A stretch of 64,000 bases of DNA from Pseudomonadales bacterium (GCA_028283025.1 JAPYNO010000045.1:13895-77894); one strand, 5' to 3'. Positions 37,666 through 47,754 are shown, counted from the first letter of the stretch. Program-made: numbers and translations. The notes: generated from the letters alone by a model not told the origin.

Positions 37666-39273
37666 TTGTCGGGTGCATTCGCCGCCAGCCTTTGCTATGG
37701 TGAAAAGAGCCTCTCGGAACTCTGCCTCATCGAGCGCCAGCTACAACTCGACCTGCCAGTCTTCGCCATCTGCGTTGCCGTGGTGCTCTCCATCTCGGTG
37801 CCTGTCTGGGAAGCACCTCTGGCGGCCGCGTCGATGTTGTCGCGCATCTACGAATGGATTGAAGCGAACCTCGGTTTTGCATTCATCTGGGCAGCCGTTG
37901 GCGCTACCATCTTTCTCCTCTGGCTGGCGCTCTCAAGGCACGGCAAGCGAACGCTCGGCGGTATTGATGCCAAGCCCGAGTTCAGCACGTTCAGTTGGAT
38001 CGGCATGCTGTTCTGCGCTGGCATCGGCGCATCGATCATGTATTGGTCGGCGCATGAATGGGCGTTTTATGTCGATCAGCCACCGTTCGGGGCAGAGAAA
38101 GGCAGCATCGAGGCAATGGAATGGGCCTCGACCTATGGGCTGTTTCATTGGGGCGTGCCAGCTTGGGCGCTCTACTGCGTGCCAGCCGTCACCATCGGCT
38201 GGGTGTTCTGCTCACAAAGGACGGGGCAGCTTCGCTTCTCGACATCGCTGACCGGCCTGTTCGGGCCGGGGTTCACAGAAACGCTCGGCGGCCGTCTCGT
38301 GGACGTGTTCTTCATCGTCGGACTGATTGGTGGGACAGGCACCTCGCTCGGTCTCGCAACCCCAATGCTCACGGCACTGATCGCCGAACTCGGCTGGCTG
38401 CCGCAAGGCTTCACCTCAAGCTTGCTGGTGCTGATGGTGTGTACGGGCATTGTCGCGGTCAGCGTCTATCTCGGCCTTGACAAGGGTATTCGGCGCTTGA
38501 GTGAGATCAATGCGTGGCTGGCGATTGGCTTTTGCGCGTTTGTGCTGATCACCGGCCCGACGGTGTTTCTGTTGAACGCGGCCACCAACAACCTGGGTCT
38601 GCTGCTAGATGGCACGCTGCGCATGATGACATGGATGCAGCCGTTTGGCGGCAACGGCTTTGTCGGCGACTGGACGATCTTCTACTGGGCTTGGTGGATC
38701 GCCTACGCGCCTTTTGTCGGGCTGTTTGTGGCGCGAATCTCCTATGGCCGCACCTTGCGCGAGATGGTGTTCGGCATGCTTGGCTATGGCACGGCAGGGG
38801 GGGCGCTCTACTACCTCACGCTTGGCACAAGCGCCATGTGGCACGACATGCAAGGCTTGGTGCCAATTCTGCAAGCGGTTCGTGCGGGCACACCCGATAT
38901 TGGCGTCGCCGCCTTCATTGGCTCGATGCCGCTGAATCCATTACCGCTGTTGGTGTTCCTTGTGACCGCTGTGATCTTCGTGGCGACTACCTACGACTCC
39001 TCTTCATTCGCCATCGCCTCAGCTGCGACGAAAAATCTCGAACACGATGATCAACCACCACGTTGGCAGCGAATTTTCTGGGCATTCGGCATCATGGCGC
39101 TACCCGTGACGCTACTTGTCATCCGCGAGGCAGGCGGCGATGCGCTCAAAGCCATCCAATCCCTTGTGCTTGTGGTGGCACTGCCGATCATGTTGATCTG
39201 CGTGCTGTCTTGTATCAGTTTGGTAAAGTCGTTAAACGAGCAGGGCAATCAATCTCCGCGAAGCGTAAAATGA
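37666..39273 (+). CDS. BCCT-family (betaine/carnitine/choline) transporter
   Basis: FSWIGMLFCAGIGASIMYW and WTIFYWAWWIAYAPFVGLFVARIS are BCCT signature segments. The TTG start is the only in-frame start upstream of TM1, so its position is uncertain. Confidence 0.8.
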   Translation: MSGAFAASLCYGEKSLSELCLIERQLQLDLPVFAICVAVVLSISVPVWEAPLAAASMLSRIYEWIEANLGFAFIWAAVGATIFLLWLALSRHGKRTLGGIDAKPEFSTFSWIGMLFCAGIGASIMYWSAHEWAFYVDQPPFGAEKGSIEAMEWASTYGLFHWGVPAWALYCVPAVTIGWVFCSQRTGQLRFSTSLTGLFGPGFTETLGGRLVDVFFIVGLIGGTGTSLGLATPMLTALIAELGWLPQGFTSSLLVLMVCTGIVAVSVYLGLDKGIRRLSEINAWLAIGFCAFVLITGPTVFLLNAATNNLGLLLDGTLRMMTWMQPFGGNGFVGDWTIFYWAWWIAYAPFVGLFVARISYGRTLREMVFGMLGYGTAGGALYYLTLGTSAMWHDMQGLVPILQAVRAGTPDIGVAAFIGSMPLNPLPLLVFLVTAVIFVATTYDSSSFAIASAATKNLEHDDQPPRWQRIFWAFGIMALPVTLLVIREAGGDALKAIQSLVLVVALPIMLICVLSCISLVKSLNEQGNQSPRSVK

Positions 39274-39291
39274 CGCTTCCCTTGCCGCAAT

Positions 39292-39912
39292 GTGCGCAGC
39301 TTGCCCGAATCAAAAGGCATCCGCCTCTTTAAGAACAGTTTTCTGGAAGCGCTCACTCATGTGCATCCCATTGTGCCGCTGTGCTTGTGGGGGCCGATTG
39401 CCCTCTGGCTGATCGGTCGAGGTGTGCTGACGCATGGGTTTGGCCTCGCCGATGTGGGCATGATGCTGGTGGCTGGCGCGTTTGCATGGACGCTCAGTGA
39501 ATATCTCGTCCACAGGTTCGTGTTTCATTTTCGGCCAACGACCGCGGCGGGTCGCTATCTCGTCTACCTTTTTCACGGCATTCATCACGATGACCCTAAT
39601 GATCGCACGCGCCTCGTGATGCCGCCCGCAGGTGCCATTCTTATCATCGGCTTCATTTACCTGCTCTTCTCGCTTGTTGTCCCGCACCCATGGATCGAGC
39701 CGTTCTTTGGCTTCTTCATCATCGGCTACCTGTGCTACGACTACACGCACTACGCGATACATTTCTGGCCGATGAGTGGGCGAATTGGCGGCTATATCAA
39801 GCGCAACCACCTACTACATCATTTTCAAGAACAGAATGTGCGCTTCGGTGTCAGCACGCCATTTTGGGATGTCGTGTTCCGCACTCGCGGCAAGCTCACG
39901 ACCACGACTTAA
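39292..39912 (+). CDS. Fatty acid hydroxylase / sterol desaturase superfamily membrane protein
   Basis: Histidine boxes HRFVFH, HGIHH and HLLHH. GTG start. Confidence 0.75.
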   Translation: MRSLPESKGIRLFKNSFLEALTHVHPIVPLCLWGPIALWLIGRGVLTHGFGLADVGMMLVAGAFAWTLSEYLVHRFVFHFRPTTAAGRYLVYLFHGIHHDDPNDRTRLVMPPAGAILIIGFIYLLFSLVVPHPWIEPFFGFFIIGYLCYDYTHYAIHFWPMSGRIGGYIKRNHLLHHFQEQNVRFGVSTPFWDVVFRTRGKLTTTT

Positions 39913-40226
39913 GCACCGCTCTCGTCAGACGATAAACACGCGCCAGACCATAGCGATGGTAAACGCAAGATTGAATCCTAGCATCCACTTGACGAGCAGC
40001 ATGCTCGCTTTGATTTCAGCAATGCTGCTATCGTATTGAGCGACTGACTTGGCGGCTTCTCGGGCTTTGACTTCGTCAGACCCAGCGCTCAGGAGCGCAT
40101 CATATACTTCATACTTCGCTGTTCATTGGCTCATGCTGTGGCCGCAAGCTCTTGCCTTGTCAGACTGTCTATCTTACTCTAACTTTATCTTCTATCTTCT
40201 ATTATCCGGCGCCCTTGCAAAGGCCA

Positions 40227-41318
40227 ATGACACATAAAATCCACTCTGTTTTCGCAGCGCTCGCCTCGCTGCCAATGTTCGCCTTCGCAGATCTTGCGCA
40301 CTATGATGTGGGCAGCGACGGCGATATATCCGCTGAGGAGTTCGCCGCCTACTACCATGAAAGCCGAGCGCCTTCGATTTTGAAGTTCGATTTCAACGCT
40401 GACGGGACACTCAGCAGCGAAGAATTATCCGCGCTTGCCGATGAGATGGCGGCGCTGCACGCGGCGGCTACCGAGCGCACGCGTGCATTCGCGGAAAAGA
40501 ACTCATCAAAGCCATTCATGGAGCGCTTAGGACTGCTCATTCGTGAGTCTCATGCGCAAGCGAATCTCGGCGCTGAGCGCTCAAGCCTGGCGGAAATACG
40601 CGGCGCGAATTTTTCCATGACGCAGGACATCGCGAGCGAGTCTCGCGTCATTTCCATGAAGGGCTCGGTCTTGCGTCCGCTGACCCTAGGGCAAGCCTCG
40701 CGCCACTGGCTGCTTCCCGGCGTCGAGTTCAATCGCCTCACCAACGAAACCGAGCCGGAGCGCGAAATCGACTCGCTGACCTTTCGCATCGGTAGCGAGT
40801 TTACGTTCGATAGCAAGCGCTTTGGCGGTGGCATTCGCTTGCGCGTCAACCCCTTGGTCACGACCAACTTTGGATTCGATGTCGATGTGCGCGCGCTCGA
40901 AGTGCAGGTCGAACCGAGCTGGGAACAGGGCGAACTTGGCGCTGAGAGGCGTTTTGGCCCGATGAGCATCCATACGCGCTTGCTTTTTCAAGCTGAATAT
41001 GGTGAGGTCGTTGATGCGGGCGAGCGACCGGATTTACGCGCAGGCGACGGTTTTACGCGCGCAGGTGCGAAGCTTGGTGCCATGTTCCGGCCAGTGGATA
41101 TCGCGCTCATCGATGGCCTCGCCGGGTCGCTCAGCTACGAATGGCATCAGGACTTGAGCGGTGATTTGCGGGCGCGAAGGCTCTTTGTGGCGGGCATCTA
41201 TTATCAACTCGATGCCCTCGGGCAAGTGACGCTCGAAAGCAAGTACATTCAAGGCGATACATCGGTCGCCTTGGAAGATGAGGAGACATGGACCATCGGG
41301 CTTGGCGTGAAGCTGTGA
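40227..41318 (+). CDS. Secreted protein with paired EF-hand Ca-binding loops and a C-terminal beta-barrel-like domain
   Basis: ORF 40152..41318, trimmed to MTHKIHSVFAALASLPMFAFA (signal peptide). The EF loops are DVGSDGDISAEE (nt 40305-40340) and DFNADGTLSSEE (nt 40389-40424). The C-terminal half has alternating hydrophobic beta-strand patterns and ends TWTIGLGVKL. Confidence 0.55.
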   Translation: MTHKIHSVFAALASLPMFAFADLAHYDVGSDGDISAEEFAAYYHESRAPSILKFDFNADGTLSSEELSALADEMAALHAAATERTRAFAEKNSSKPFMERLGLLIRESHAQANLGAERSSLAEIRGANFSMTQDIASESRVISMKGSVLRPLTLGQASRHWLLPGVEFNRLTNETEPEREIDSLTFRIGSEFTFDSKRFGGGIRLRVNPLVTTNFGFDVDVRALEVQVEPSWEQGELGAERRFGPMSIHTRLLFQAEYGEVVDAGERPDLRAGDGFTRAGAKLGAMFRPVDIALIDGLAGSLSYEWHQDLSGDLRARRLFVAGIYYQLDALGQVTLESKYIQGDTSVALEDEETWTIGLGVKL

Positions 41319-41468
41319 CACATGGCACGGACTCATTCGGGTAATACGCTGGCGTGCAGGCGTTATAGGAACTTGAAAAGCAAGGGGCTCGCCCATATGT
41401 TGGGTTGACTGAGAATCGCACTTTTCTAGCCACACACATCTAGTCACATATAGCAGGGAGTTTTTGGC

Positions 41469-42398
41469 GTGATCGAAGCTCAAGGTCTCACGCGCTACTA
41501 CGGCGATACGCTCGCCGTGGATGGCGTGAGTTTTTCTCTTTCCGAAGGCGAAATTGTCGGGCTGCTTGGTCACAATGGCGCTGGCAAATCCACTATCCTC
41601 AAGCTCATCACCGGTGCGCTCGAACCCGACCGGGGCGAGGTGCGCTTGGATGGCACCTTGATGGATGTCGCAGACGACCAAGCGAAATCGAAGATTGGCT
41701 ATCTGCCTGAGAACCTGCCTCTCTATAGCGATATGCAGGTCGTTGACTACCTCGACTACATGGCGTCAATGCACGGCCTGACAGGGCTAGCGGCGCGCAA
41801 TGCGGTGGTGCGAAGCATGAAGACAACTGAACTCGAAGATCGCACCTTTGATCGTATTGATCAGCTTTCGCGCGGCTTTAAGCAGCGCGTCGGCGTGGCG
41901 CAGGCTATTTTGCACGACCCCAAGTATGTCATTCTCGATGAGCCAACGAACGGACTCGATCCGTCGCAAACGCTTGCCATGCGGCACCTTTTGAAGCGTC
42001 TGTCGAAGAATGCGGCGGTGCTGGTGTCCACCCATGTGCTTCAGGAAGTCAGCGCCGTCTGTGATCGCGTGCTTATTCTTCGCGCAGGCACGCTCGCGGT
42101 TGATCAGCCATTAGCGGCCTTGAGCGCATCGAATCGACTGATGCTGGCAAGTTCAGCGGCATCCGCCAAGGTGAAAACTGCCATCTCAGGCATCGACTGG
42201 GTGGCAGCGGTCTCAGAAGACGATGACGGATACATGCTGGAAGTATCCGATGGCGCACTAGTGGATGATCGGGATTCCATCGCTGGCCTCGTGCGCGTGC
42301 TCGTGGAGGCGGATGTGCCTGTGAGCGGCCTTAGCGCTGTGCGCAAAGACCTTGAAGCCCTGTTTCGTGAAGTGACGGAGGCGCACCATGCAGCCTAG
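41469..42398 (+). CDS. ABC transporter ATP-binding protein (ABC-2/GldA-like)
   Basis: GTG start. Walker A GHNGAGKST, signature LSRGFKQRVGVAQAIL, Walker B ILDEPTNGLD. Confidence 0.88.
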   Translation: MIEAQGLTRYYGDTLAVDGVSFSLSEGEIVGLLGHNGAGKSTILKLITGALEPDRGEVRLDGTLMDVADDQAKSKIGYLPENLPLYSDMQVVDYLDYMASMHGLTGLAARNAVVRSMKTTELEDRTFDRIDQLSRGFKQRVGVAQAILHDPKYVILDEPTNGLDPSQTLAMRHLLKRLSKNAAVLVSTHVLQEVSAVCDRVLILRAGTLAVDQPLAALSASNRLMLASSAASAKVKTAISGIDWVAAVSEDDDGYMLEVSDGALVDDRDSIAGLVRVLVEADVPVSGLSAVRKDLEALFREVTEAHHAA

Positions 42399-45345
42399 CG
42401 AAGTCATCCGAATTGCGCGCAAGGAGTTCGGTCTCTATCTCAATAGTCCGGCTGGCTACCTGTTCCTCGCGACTTTTGTCGGCGTGTGCTTGTTCGTGCT
42501 CTTCTGGGGCGAAGCCTGGTTTGCGCGCAACATCGCCGATGTGCGCCCGCTTTTTGAATGGATGCCGCTGCTACTTGTGTTCCTGTCAGCCGCGCTCACC
42601 ATGCGCATGTGGAGCGAAGAGAAGCGCACGCAAACCCTTGAGCATGTGCTGACTTTGCGGGCGAGTCTTGCCGCCTTCGTGTTCGGTAAGTTTTTGGCGT
42701 GCTGGGGGCTGCTTGGCGTTGCGCTCCTGCTGACCTTGCCACTACCTGTCAGCGTCTCGTATTTCAGCGGTCTCGATTGGGGGCCGGTGATCGCGGGCTA
42801 CTTGGCTGCCATGCTCCTTGGCGCCATGTATCTGGCGATCGGCCTTTTTGTCAGCGCCCGCACTTCAAGCCAGATCGTCAGCTTGATACTTGCAGTGCTT
42901 GTGAGTGGCGCCTTCTACATTGTCGGCGCCGGCGTACTGACTGATCTCGTCGGCAATCGCTTGGGCGAATGGATGCGGCTTGTTGGCAGTGGCTCACGAT
43001 TCGAGAGCATCACGCGCGGCGTCATCGATCTGCGCGACCTTGTCTATGCACTGTCGCTCGCTGGCGTGTTCCTCGTGCTGTGCGCCCATAGCTTGCGTGC
43101 GCAGCGGTTCGCAAGCCGCGGACAGAAGGCTTCGCATGGTCGCGCGCGCCTGATAGTCGCCCTGCTAGTCGTCAATTTGCTCGCGCTCAACGTATGGCTG
43201 CACGGTGTCAAATCGCTGCGGGTGGATGTCACCGAAGGCAATCAATATTCGCTTTCCAAGACTACCGAGAGCTTTCTTGCGCAGCTTCGAGAGCCACTTC
43301 TGATTCGCGGCTACTTCAGCAGCAAGACGCATCCACTGCTCGCACCGCTCGTACCGCAGCTTGAAGATTTGCTTGCCGAGTACGAAGTCGCCGGTCATGG
43401 CCGCGTGCGCGTCGAGATCATTGACCCGGTACTCGACCCGGAGGCTGAGGACGAGGCCAACAGCAAGTACGGCATTCGCTCGGTGCCGTTCCAAGTTGAA
43501 GATCGCTATCAGTCGAGCCTCGTGAATTCATACTTTAATGTGCTGGTGAGCTACGGCGATGCGTATGAGGTCATTGGCTTTGGCGACCTCATTGAAGTGA
43601 AAGTGAGCGGCGAATCTGGCGTTGATGTGCAGCTTCGCAACCCGGAGTTCGACATCACGAGCCGGATTCGCAAGGTGCTGCTCGATTTTCAGTCCGGTGG
43701 AGAAGTGCTTGCGAGCCTTGATGCGCCGGTCGAATTTGTCGCCTATGCTTCAGCCAACGAGTCGCTGCCGCCAAGCCTCGCTGAATATCTTGCCATCGTC
43801 ATGGAGGTGATGCAGGACAAGGCGGATGAATCGAACGGCAAACTTGGCGTATCTCGGGTTGACCCGCAAGCAGGCGACGGCAGCATCGCCGAGCATTTGC
43901 GCCAGAACTACGGCTTTAGTCCGATGCGCGCGAGCCTGTTAGACGCCGCGAGCTTCTATTTCTACTTGACGATGAGCGATGGTGAGATTCTCGTGACCCT
44001 GTCGATTCCTGAATCGCAAGATCGGGAAGGTTTTGAACGGGTGCTCGACACGGCGCTCAAACGCTTCGCGAGCGGCTACTTGAAGTCGGTGGCGCTGAGA
44101 TCGCCGCAGCCGCTGCCGCCGCAGCTTGCGCAGCAGGCGGCGCAACAGGGACTCACGCCGAACACCTACGAGCGGCTCTTTGAGCAGCTGACATCCGGCC
44201 TCGATGTCGTGCGCGCTGATCTCACCGACGGGCAAGTGCCTGAAGAGGCAGAGGCGCTGCTCGTCGTTGACCCGTCTTCGCTCGGCGATAACGAAGTGTT
44301 CGCCATCGATCAGTTCCTGATGCGAGGTGGCACGGTGCTGCTGTCCCTCGGCGCCTATGAATCTTCATTGACACCGACAAATATTTCGGTGAGTCCGCGA
44401 AGTACTGGCCTTGATGATTGGCTTGCGCACAACGGCATTGAGATCGGCCAATCACTGGTGATGGATGCACGCAATTCGGCCTTTCCTGTGCCGGTGACGC
44501 GCCAGGTCGGCAGCTTTTCCTTTCAAGAATTGCAAATGCTTGACTACCCGTACTTTGTCGAGGTGCGCGATGACGGCTTCAACGAGGAGGCGATCATGGT
44601 CTCGCAAGTGCCGCAGGTGTCGATGCCTTGGGCATCACCCATCGAGATCGATGCGCAGGCGAATGCAACGCGGCAGGTGACTGAGCTGCTCCGTAGTTCG
44701 GATGAAGCATGGCTGAGCACGAGCACCGATGTGACGCCGCGCTTCTCCGAGGATGGGCAAGCGCCGTTCTTCCCTGAGGGCGAGATCGGCAGCCGCGTGC
44801 TCGGTGCCATGATCGAGGGCCGCTTCGATTCGTTCTTCGCTGGCAAGGCATCGCCATTGCTGACAGCGGCCATTGAAGCGCAGGCGGAGGAAGAAGATGC
44901 CGGGGCGCTTGATGAAGAGCAAGCAGACGCTACAGACACAACTGAGAGCGAGATTGAAACAGGCGCTGGCGTTGTGGCTTCAGTGATTGAACGTTCTCCT
45001 CAGTCGGCTCGCCTTATCATTCTTGCCTCGAACGAGTTTCTTTCAGACCGCAATTTGCAGATCATGGGTTCAATCTCGGGCATGGTGCAGCAAGGCTCGC
45101 TAGAGCTTGTGCAGAACGCCGTTGACTATGCGCTCGAAGATGCGGGATTGGTCAGCATTCGTTCACGCGGGCACTTCAACCGTACCTTGCCGCCGACAAC
45201 ACGCGAGTTGCAGATGGTCTTCGAATACATGAACTACGCCTTCGCCCTCTTCGGTCTCGGCATTGTGTTTCTGTTGTCGTTCTACGCCCGGCGGCGTCGG
45301 CGGCTTGAATACGCGAGTTGGTTCAGCGAAGGAGTGCAATCATGA
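42388..45345 (+). CDS. Fusion of ABC-2 permease (GldF-like) with GldG-like auxiliary domain (985 aa)
   Basis: About 240 aa at the N-terminus form a multi-TM ABC-2 permease. A large extracytoplasmic region follows, and the protein ends in a TM segment plus RRRRR. The layout resembles GldF+GldG. It overlaps the ATPase gene by 11 nt. Confidence 0.65.
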   Translation: MQPSEVIRIARKEFGLYLNSPAGYLFLATFVGVCLFVLFWGEAWFARNIADVRPLFEWMPLLLVFLSAALTMRMWSEEKRTQTLEHVLTLRASLAAFVFGKFLACWGLLGVALLLTLPLPVSVSYFSGLDWGPVIAGYLAAMLLGAMYLAIGLFVSARTSSQIVSLILAVLVSGAFYIVGAGVLTDLVGNRLGEWMRLVGSGSRFESITRGVIDLRDLVYALSLAGVFLVLCAHSLRAQRFASRGQKASHGRARLIVALLVVNLLALNVWLHGVKSLRVDVTEGNQYSLSKTTESFLAQLREPLLIRGYFSSKTHPLLAPLVPQLEDLLAEYEVAGHGRVRVEIIDPVLDPEAEDEANSKYGIRSVPFQVEDRYQSSLVNSYFNVLVSYGDAYEVIGFGDLIEVKVSGESGVDVQLRNPEFDITSRIRKVLLDFQSGGEVLASLDAPVEFVAYASANESLPPSLAEYLAIVMEVMQDKADESNGKLGVSRVDPQAGDGSIAEHLRQNYGFSPMRASLLDAASFYFYLTMSDGEILVTLSIPESQDREGFERVLDTALKRFASGYLKSVALRSPQPLPPQLAQQAAQQGLTPNTYERLFEQLTSGLDVVRADLTDGQVPEEAEALLVVDPSSLGDNEVFAIDQFLMRGGTVLLSLGAYESSLTPTNISVSPRSTGLDDWLAHNGIEIGQSLVMDARNSAFPVPVTRQVGSFSFQELQMLDYPYFVEVRDDGFNEEAIMVSQVPQVSMPWASPIEIDAQANATRQVTELLRSSDEAWLSTSTDVTPRFSEDGQAPFFPEGEIGSRVLGAMIEGRFDSFFAGKASPLLTAAIEAQAEEEDAGALDEEQADATDTTESEIETGAGVVASVIERSPQSARLIILASNEFLSDRNLQIMGSISGMVQQGSLELVQNAVDYALEDAGLVSIRSRGHFNRTLPPTTRELQMVFEYMNYAFALFGLGIVFLLSFYARRRRRLEYASWFSEGVQS

Positions 45346-46325
45346 TGCGGCTGACGCAAAAGACCATCAATGTGCTCATCGGCGTGTTGGCCGCACAAGC
45401 GGTACTTGCCGTGCTGCTGCTCATGCCGAGGGAGCAGACGCTCGATCCGCTGGTGACTTTCGATTTCGCGATTGTGGACGAGCTCCGCATTGCCGGTGGT
45501 CAAGAGCAAGAAGACGGATTGATCGAACTCTTCCTCAATGACGAAAACTCTGATGCGTGGGCTATGCCGGGCGGTCTGCCTGTCGATGCCTCGCGTATCG
45601 AATCGCTGTCCGAGGTGCTTGAGCGCGACCGCTGGACATGGCCGGTCGCTTCAACGAGCGACGCCGCCAAGCGCTTCGAGGTCACCGATGAGAATTTTCA
45701 GCGACGGCTACAGCTACTCGCTGGCGAGGATGAAATCGCGATGCTGTATTTGGGCACATCGCCGGGATTCCGGCGCATTCACGTGCGCGAAGCGGATTCC
45801 GAGAAAATCTATGCCATTGAGCTTGCCGCCTACGACCTGCCGCTCAAGCAAGACGACTGGCTCGACAAGTCGCTCATCGAAGCACCGGCGGGCATTGAAG
45901 CGATGGGTCGGCCCGGACTGTGGGAGGCCGAGCTTGACGGAGAAGGCGAGTGGACACTGCCCAATTCATCCCTTGCCGCCAAGCGTAGCGAACTTGCGAG
46001 CATGGCGACGCGCTTTGAAACCTTGCGTGTCATTGGCGTGTCCGAAGAAGCGCCTGATCGGGCGCCAGACCTTTCGTTTGAGATCACCGCCGCAGGCGTC
46101 AATGTACGCTACGACTTCTACCGGCCGGAAGAGGAAGAGAATGAAGATAAAAATGACAATGCCGACGAGTCAGAAGATGCCGAACTCAGCGCATCGATCC
46201 GCGATACGCTCGTCAAATCAAGCCTTCGAGACGAATACTTCCGGGTGTCGAGCTTTACCGTCGATCAGCTTGACAAGACGCTCGAGGACTTGACAGAAGC
46301 GCTCGCAGAGGAGGCAGACAGCTAA
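45342..46325 (+). CDS. DUF4340-like protein (N-terminal anchor, acidic C-terminal region)
   Basis: ORF 45318..46325, trimmed to MMRLTQKTINVLIGVLAAQAVLAVLLL with AAGGAG upstream and an ATGA overlap. Its position after a GldG-like gene is typical for DUF4340. Confidence 0.45.
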   Translation: MMRLTQKTINVLIGVLAAQAVLAVLLLMPREQTLDPLVTFDFAIVDELRIAGGQEQEDGLIELFLNDENSDAWAMPGGLPVDASRIESLSEVLERDRWTWPVASTSDAAKRFEVTDENFQRRLQLLAGEDEIAMLYLGTSPGFRRIHVREADSEKIYAIELAAYDLPLKQDDWLDKSLIEAPAGIEAMGRPGLWEAELDGEGEWTLPNSSLAAKRSELASMATRFETLRVIGVSEEAPDRAPDLSFEITAAGVNVRYDFYRPEEEENEDKNDNADESEDAELSASIRDTLVKSSLRDEYFRVSSFTVDQLDKTLEDLTEALAEEADS

Positions 46326-46392
46326 GCCCCGCATTCACAGCAACGCAGGCATCCTACTAGAATGAATAGTTTGTGGTGTTCGTGCGTCATTC

Positions 46393-47055
46393 GTGAAACG
46401 GTGGATTCGGCTTCTAGCGGGGTTGCTGCTGATCGCGGCAGTCTCGAGCTCGCTGCAAGCGCGCGAAGTGACTCAACTTGATTATCTCGCTGATGCGCGC
46501 GGACTCTCAGCGGGCACCGTACAGGTGCGTGTGATTCGAGAGGGCGAGCGCTACGAGATACATGGCGAGGCTGAAGCCACCGGCGTCTTCGAGCTGTTGT
46601 CGGCTTGGCGGAGCTGGTTTCGGGTGTCTGGGCGCACGACTTCCGGCCTGCCGGTTGCACATTTCTACGAGCATTTCGAGTCTAATCGTTCACGCACCAA
46701 GACCGTCAAAGTCATTGATGGTGTCACCGAGTATGCGCGCAATGGCGAGGCGCGCGCTGCAACGCAAGCGACGGCCTTGATCGATGTATTCTCACTGATT
46801 TTTGTGCATGGTCAGTGCGATGAAGCCTTCCGTGCGCATAGCGGGCGCATGGGCTACGATATTGTGCGCACGTCACGAAAGGTGACGGAATCGCGCGAAA
46901 CCTGCGTCTATTCAGTGCTTGATGATGAGGATGTTCGTTTCAATGCAATAATTTTGATCGAAAATGTGAGCGGCGTGCGGGCGCCGGTGGAACTTGACTT
47001 TTCCGGCTATCAGCTTGGCCGATTCCGCTTGCAAGATGTGATGACCGAGGAGTAA
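46393..47055 (+). CDS. Secreted hypothetical protein, DUF3108-like
   Basis: GTG start. Signal peptide MKRWIRLLAGLLLIAAVSSSLQA. The family call is from memory of its pattern only. Confidence 0.4.
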   Translation: MKRWIRLLAGLLLIAAVSSSLQAREVTQLDYLADARGLSAGTVQVRVIREGERYEIHGEAEATGVFELLSAWRSWFRVSGRTTSGLPVAHFYEHFESNRSRTKTVKVIDGVTEYARNGEARAATQATALIDVFSLIFVHGQCDEAFRAHSGRMGYDIVRTSRKVTESRETCVYSVLDDEDVRFNAIILIENVSGVRAPVELDFSGYQLGRFRLQDVMTEE

Positions 47056-47058
47056 CGC

Positions 47059-47754
47059 ATGGATTTGAACTGGACGAGCATTGATGTGGACGGCGCGGCC
47101 ATGAGGGTGCTCACATGCTTGCCTCTTGAGGCCGGTTCGCCTGCGGCTATCTTGTGTATGCACGCGCCGGGCGTGGATAATTTCATGGAAGCGATGGCGC
47201 AAAGGCTCGGACGCGCCGGCTTTGCGGCCTATGTGCCCGACCTCTATTACCGCCAAGGCGAAACCGAAGACGATCCGATCAAGCGTATGGGCCGATTGCG
47301 CGATGCTGAGCTCATGGTTGATCTCGCCACAACAGAGCGGTATGTGGCGCGTCAAGATCATCGGCGCATCGCCATCGCGGGCTTCTGCATGGGCGGCAGA
47401 ATCGCACTCATCGCCGCATCAATACTGACTTCGCTAGATGCGGCCATTTCTTTCTACGGCGGGTTCATTCGAGAAGCCTGGGGCGAAGGCGAGCCGCCGA
47501 TTGCGCGCGTGGGCACGATCACCTGTCCGGTGCTGCTCATCGGCGGGGCCGAGGATAGCAACCCGTCTGCCGATGATATAGCCGAACTCGCGCGCGTTCT
47601 TGACGAGGCGGGCAATGCACCGGAATCCATGATCTTCGAAGGTGTCGGCCATGCGTTTCTCAACTTCAATCGGCCTGGCTATCGCGAAGAAGTGGCCATG
47701 CGCGCTTGGAGTCGGTTCGAGGAGTTCTTGACGACGCATCTGGCGAGCGACTAG
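47059..47754 (+). CDS. Dienelactone hydrolase family protein
   Basis: Nucleophile elbow IAGFCMGG. The C-terminal His lies in GVGHAF. 231 aa. Confidence 0.8.
   Translation: MDLNWTSIDVDGAAMRVLTCLPLEAGSPAAILCMHAPGVDNFMEAMAQRLGRAGFAAYVPDLYYRQGETEDDPIKRMGRLRDAELMVDLATTERYVARQDHRRIAIAGFCMGGRIALIAASILTSLDAAISFYGGFIREAWGEGEPPIARVGTITCPVLLIGGAEDSNPSADDIAELARVLDEAGNAPESMIFEGVGHAFLNFNRPGYREEVAMRAWSRFEEFLTTHLASD

Noticed and set aside
39925-40122. 66-codon open frame on the minus strand ending in a TM-like segment (…IAEIKASMLLVKWMLGFNLAFTIAMVWRVFIV*), reminiscent of small DUF1640-type coiled-coil/TM proteins
   Set aside because: There is no ATG, GTG or TTG start until codon 41, so only a 25-aa product is possible. 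It is probably a gene remnant, and I cannot support a call.
40152-40226. N-terminal 25-codon extension of the EF-hand protein ORF (MPCQTVYLTLTLSSIFYYPAPLQRP)
   Set aside because: The next Met begins a clean signal peptide (MTHKIHSVFAALASLPMFAFA), so the extension is probably untranslated leader.
41034-41681. 215-aa minus-strand ORF bridging the EF-hand gene and the ABC ATPase gene
   Set aside because: It is antisense to both flanking, well-supported genes and has no motifs.
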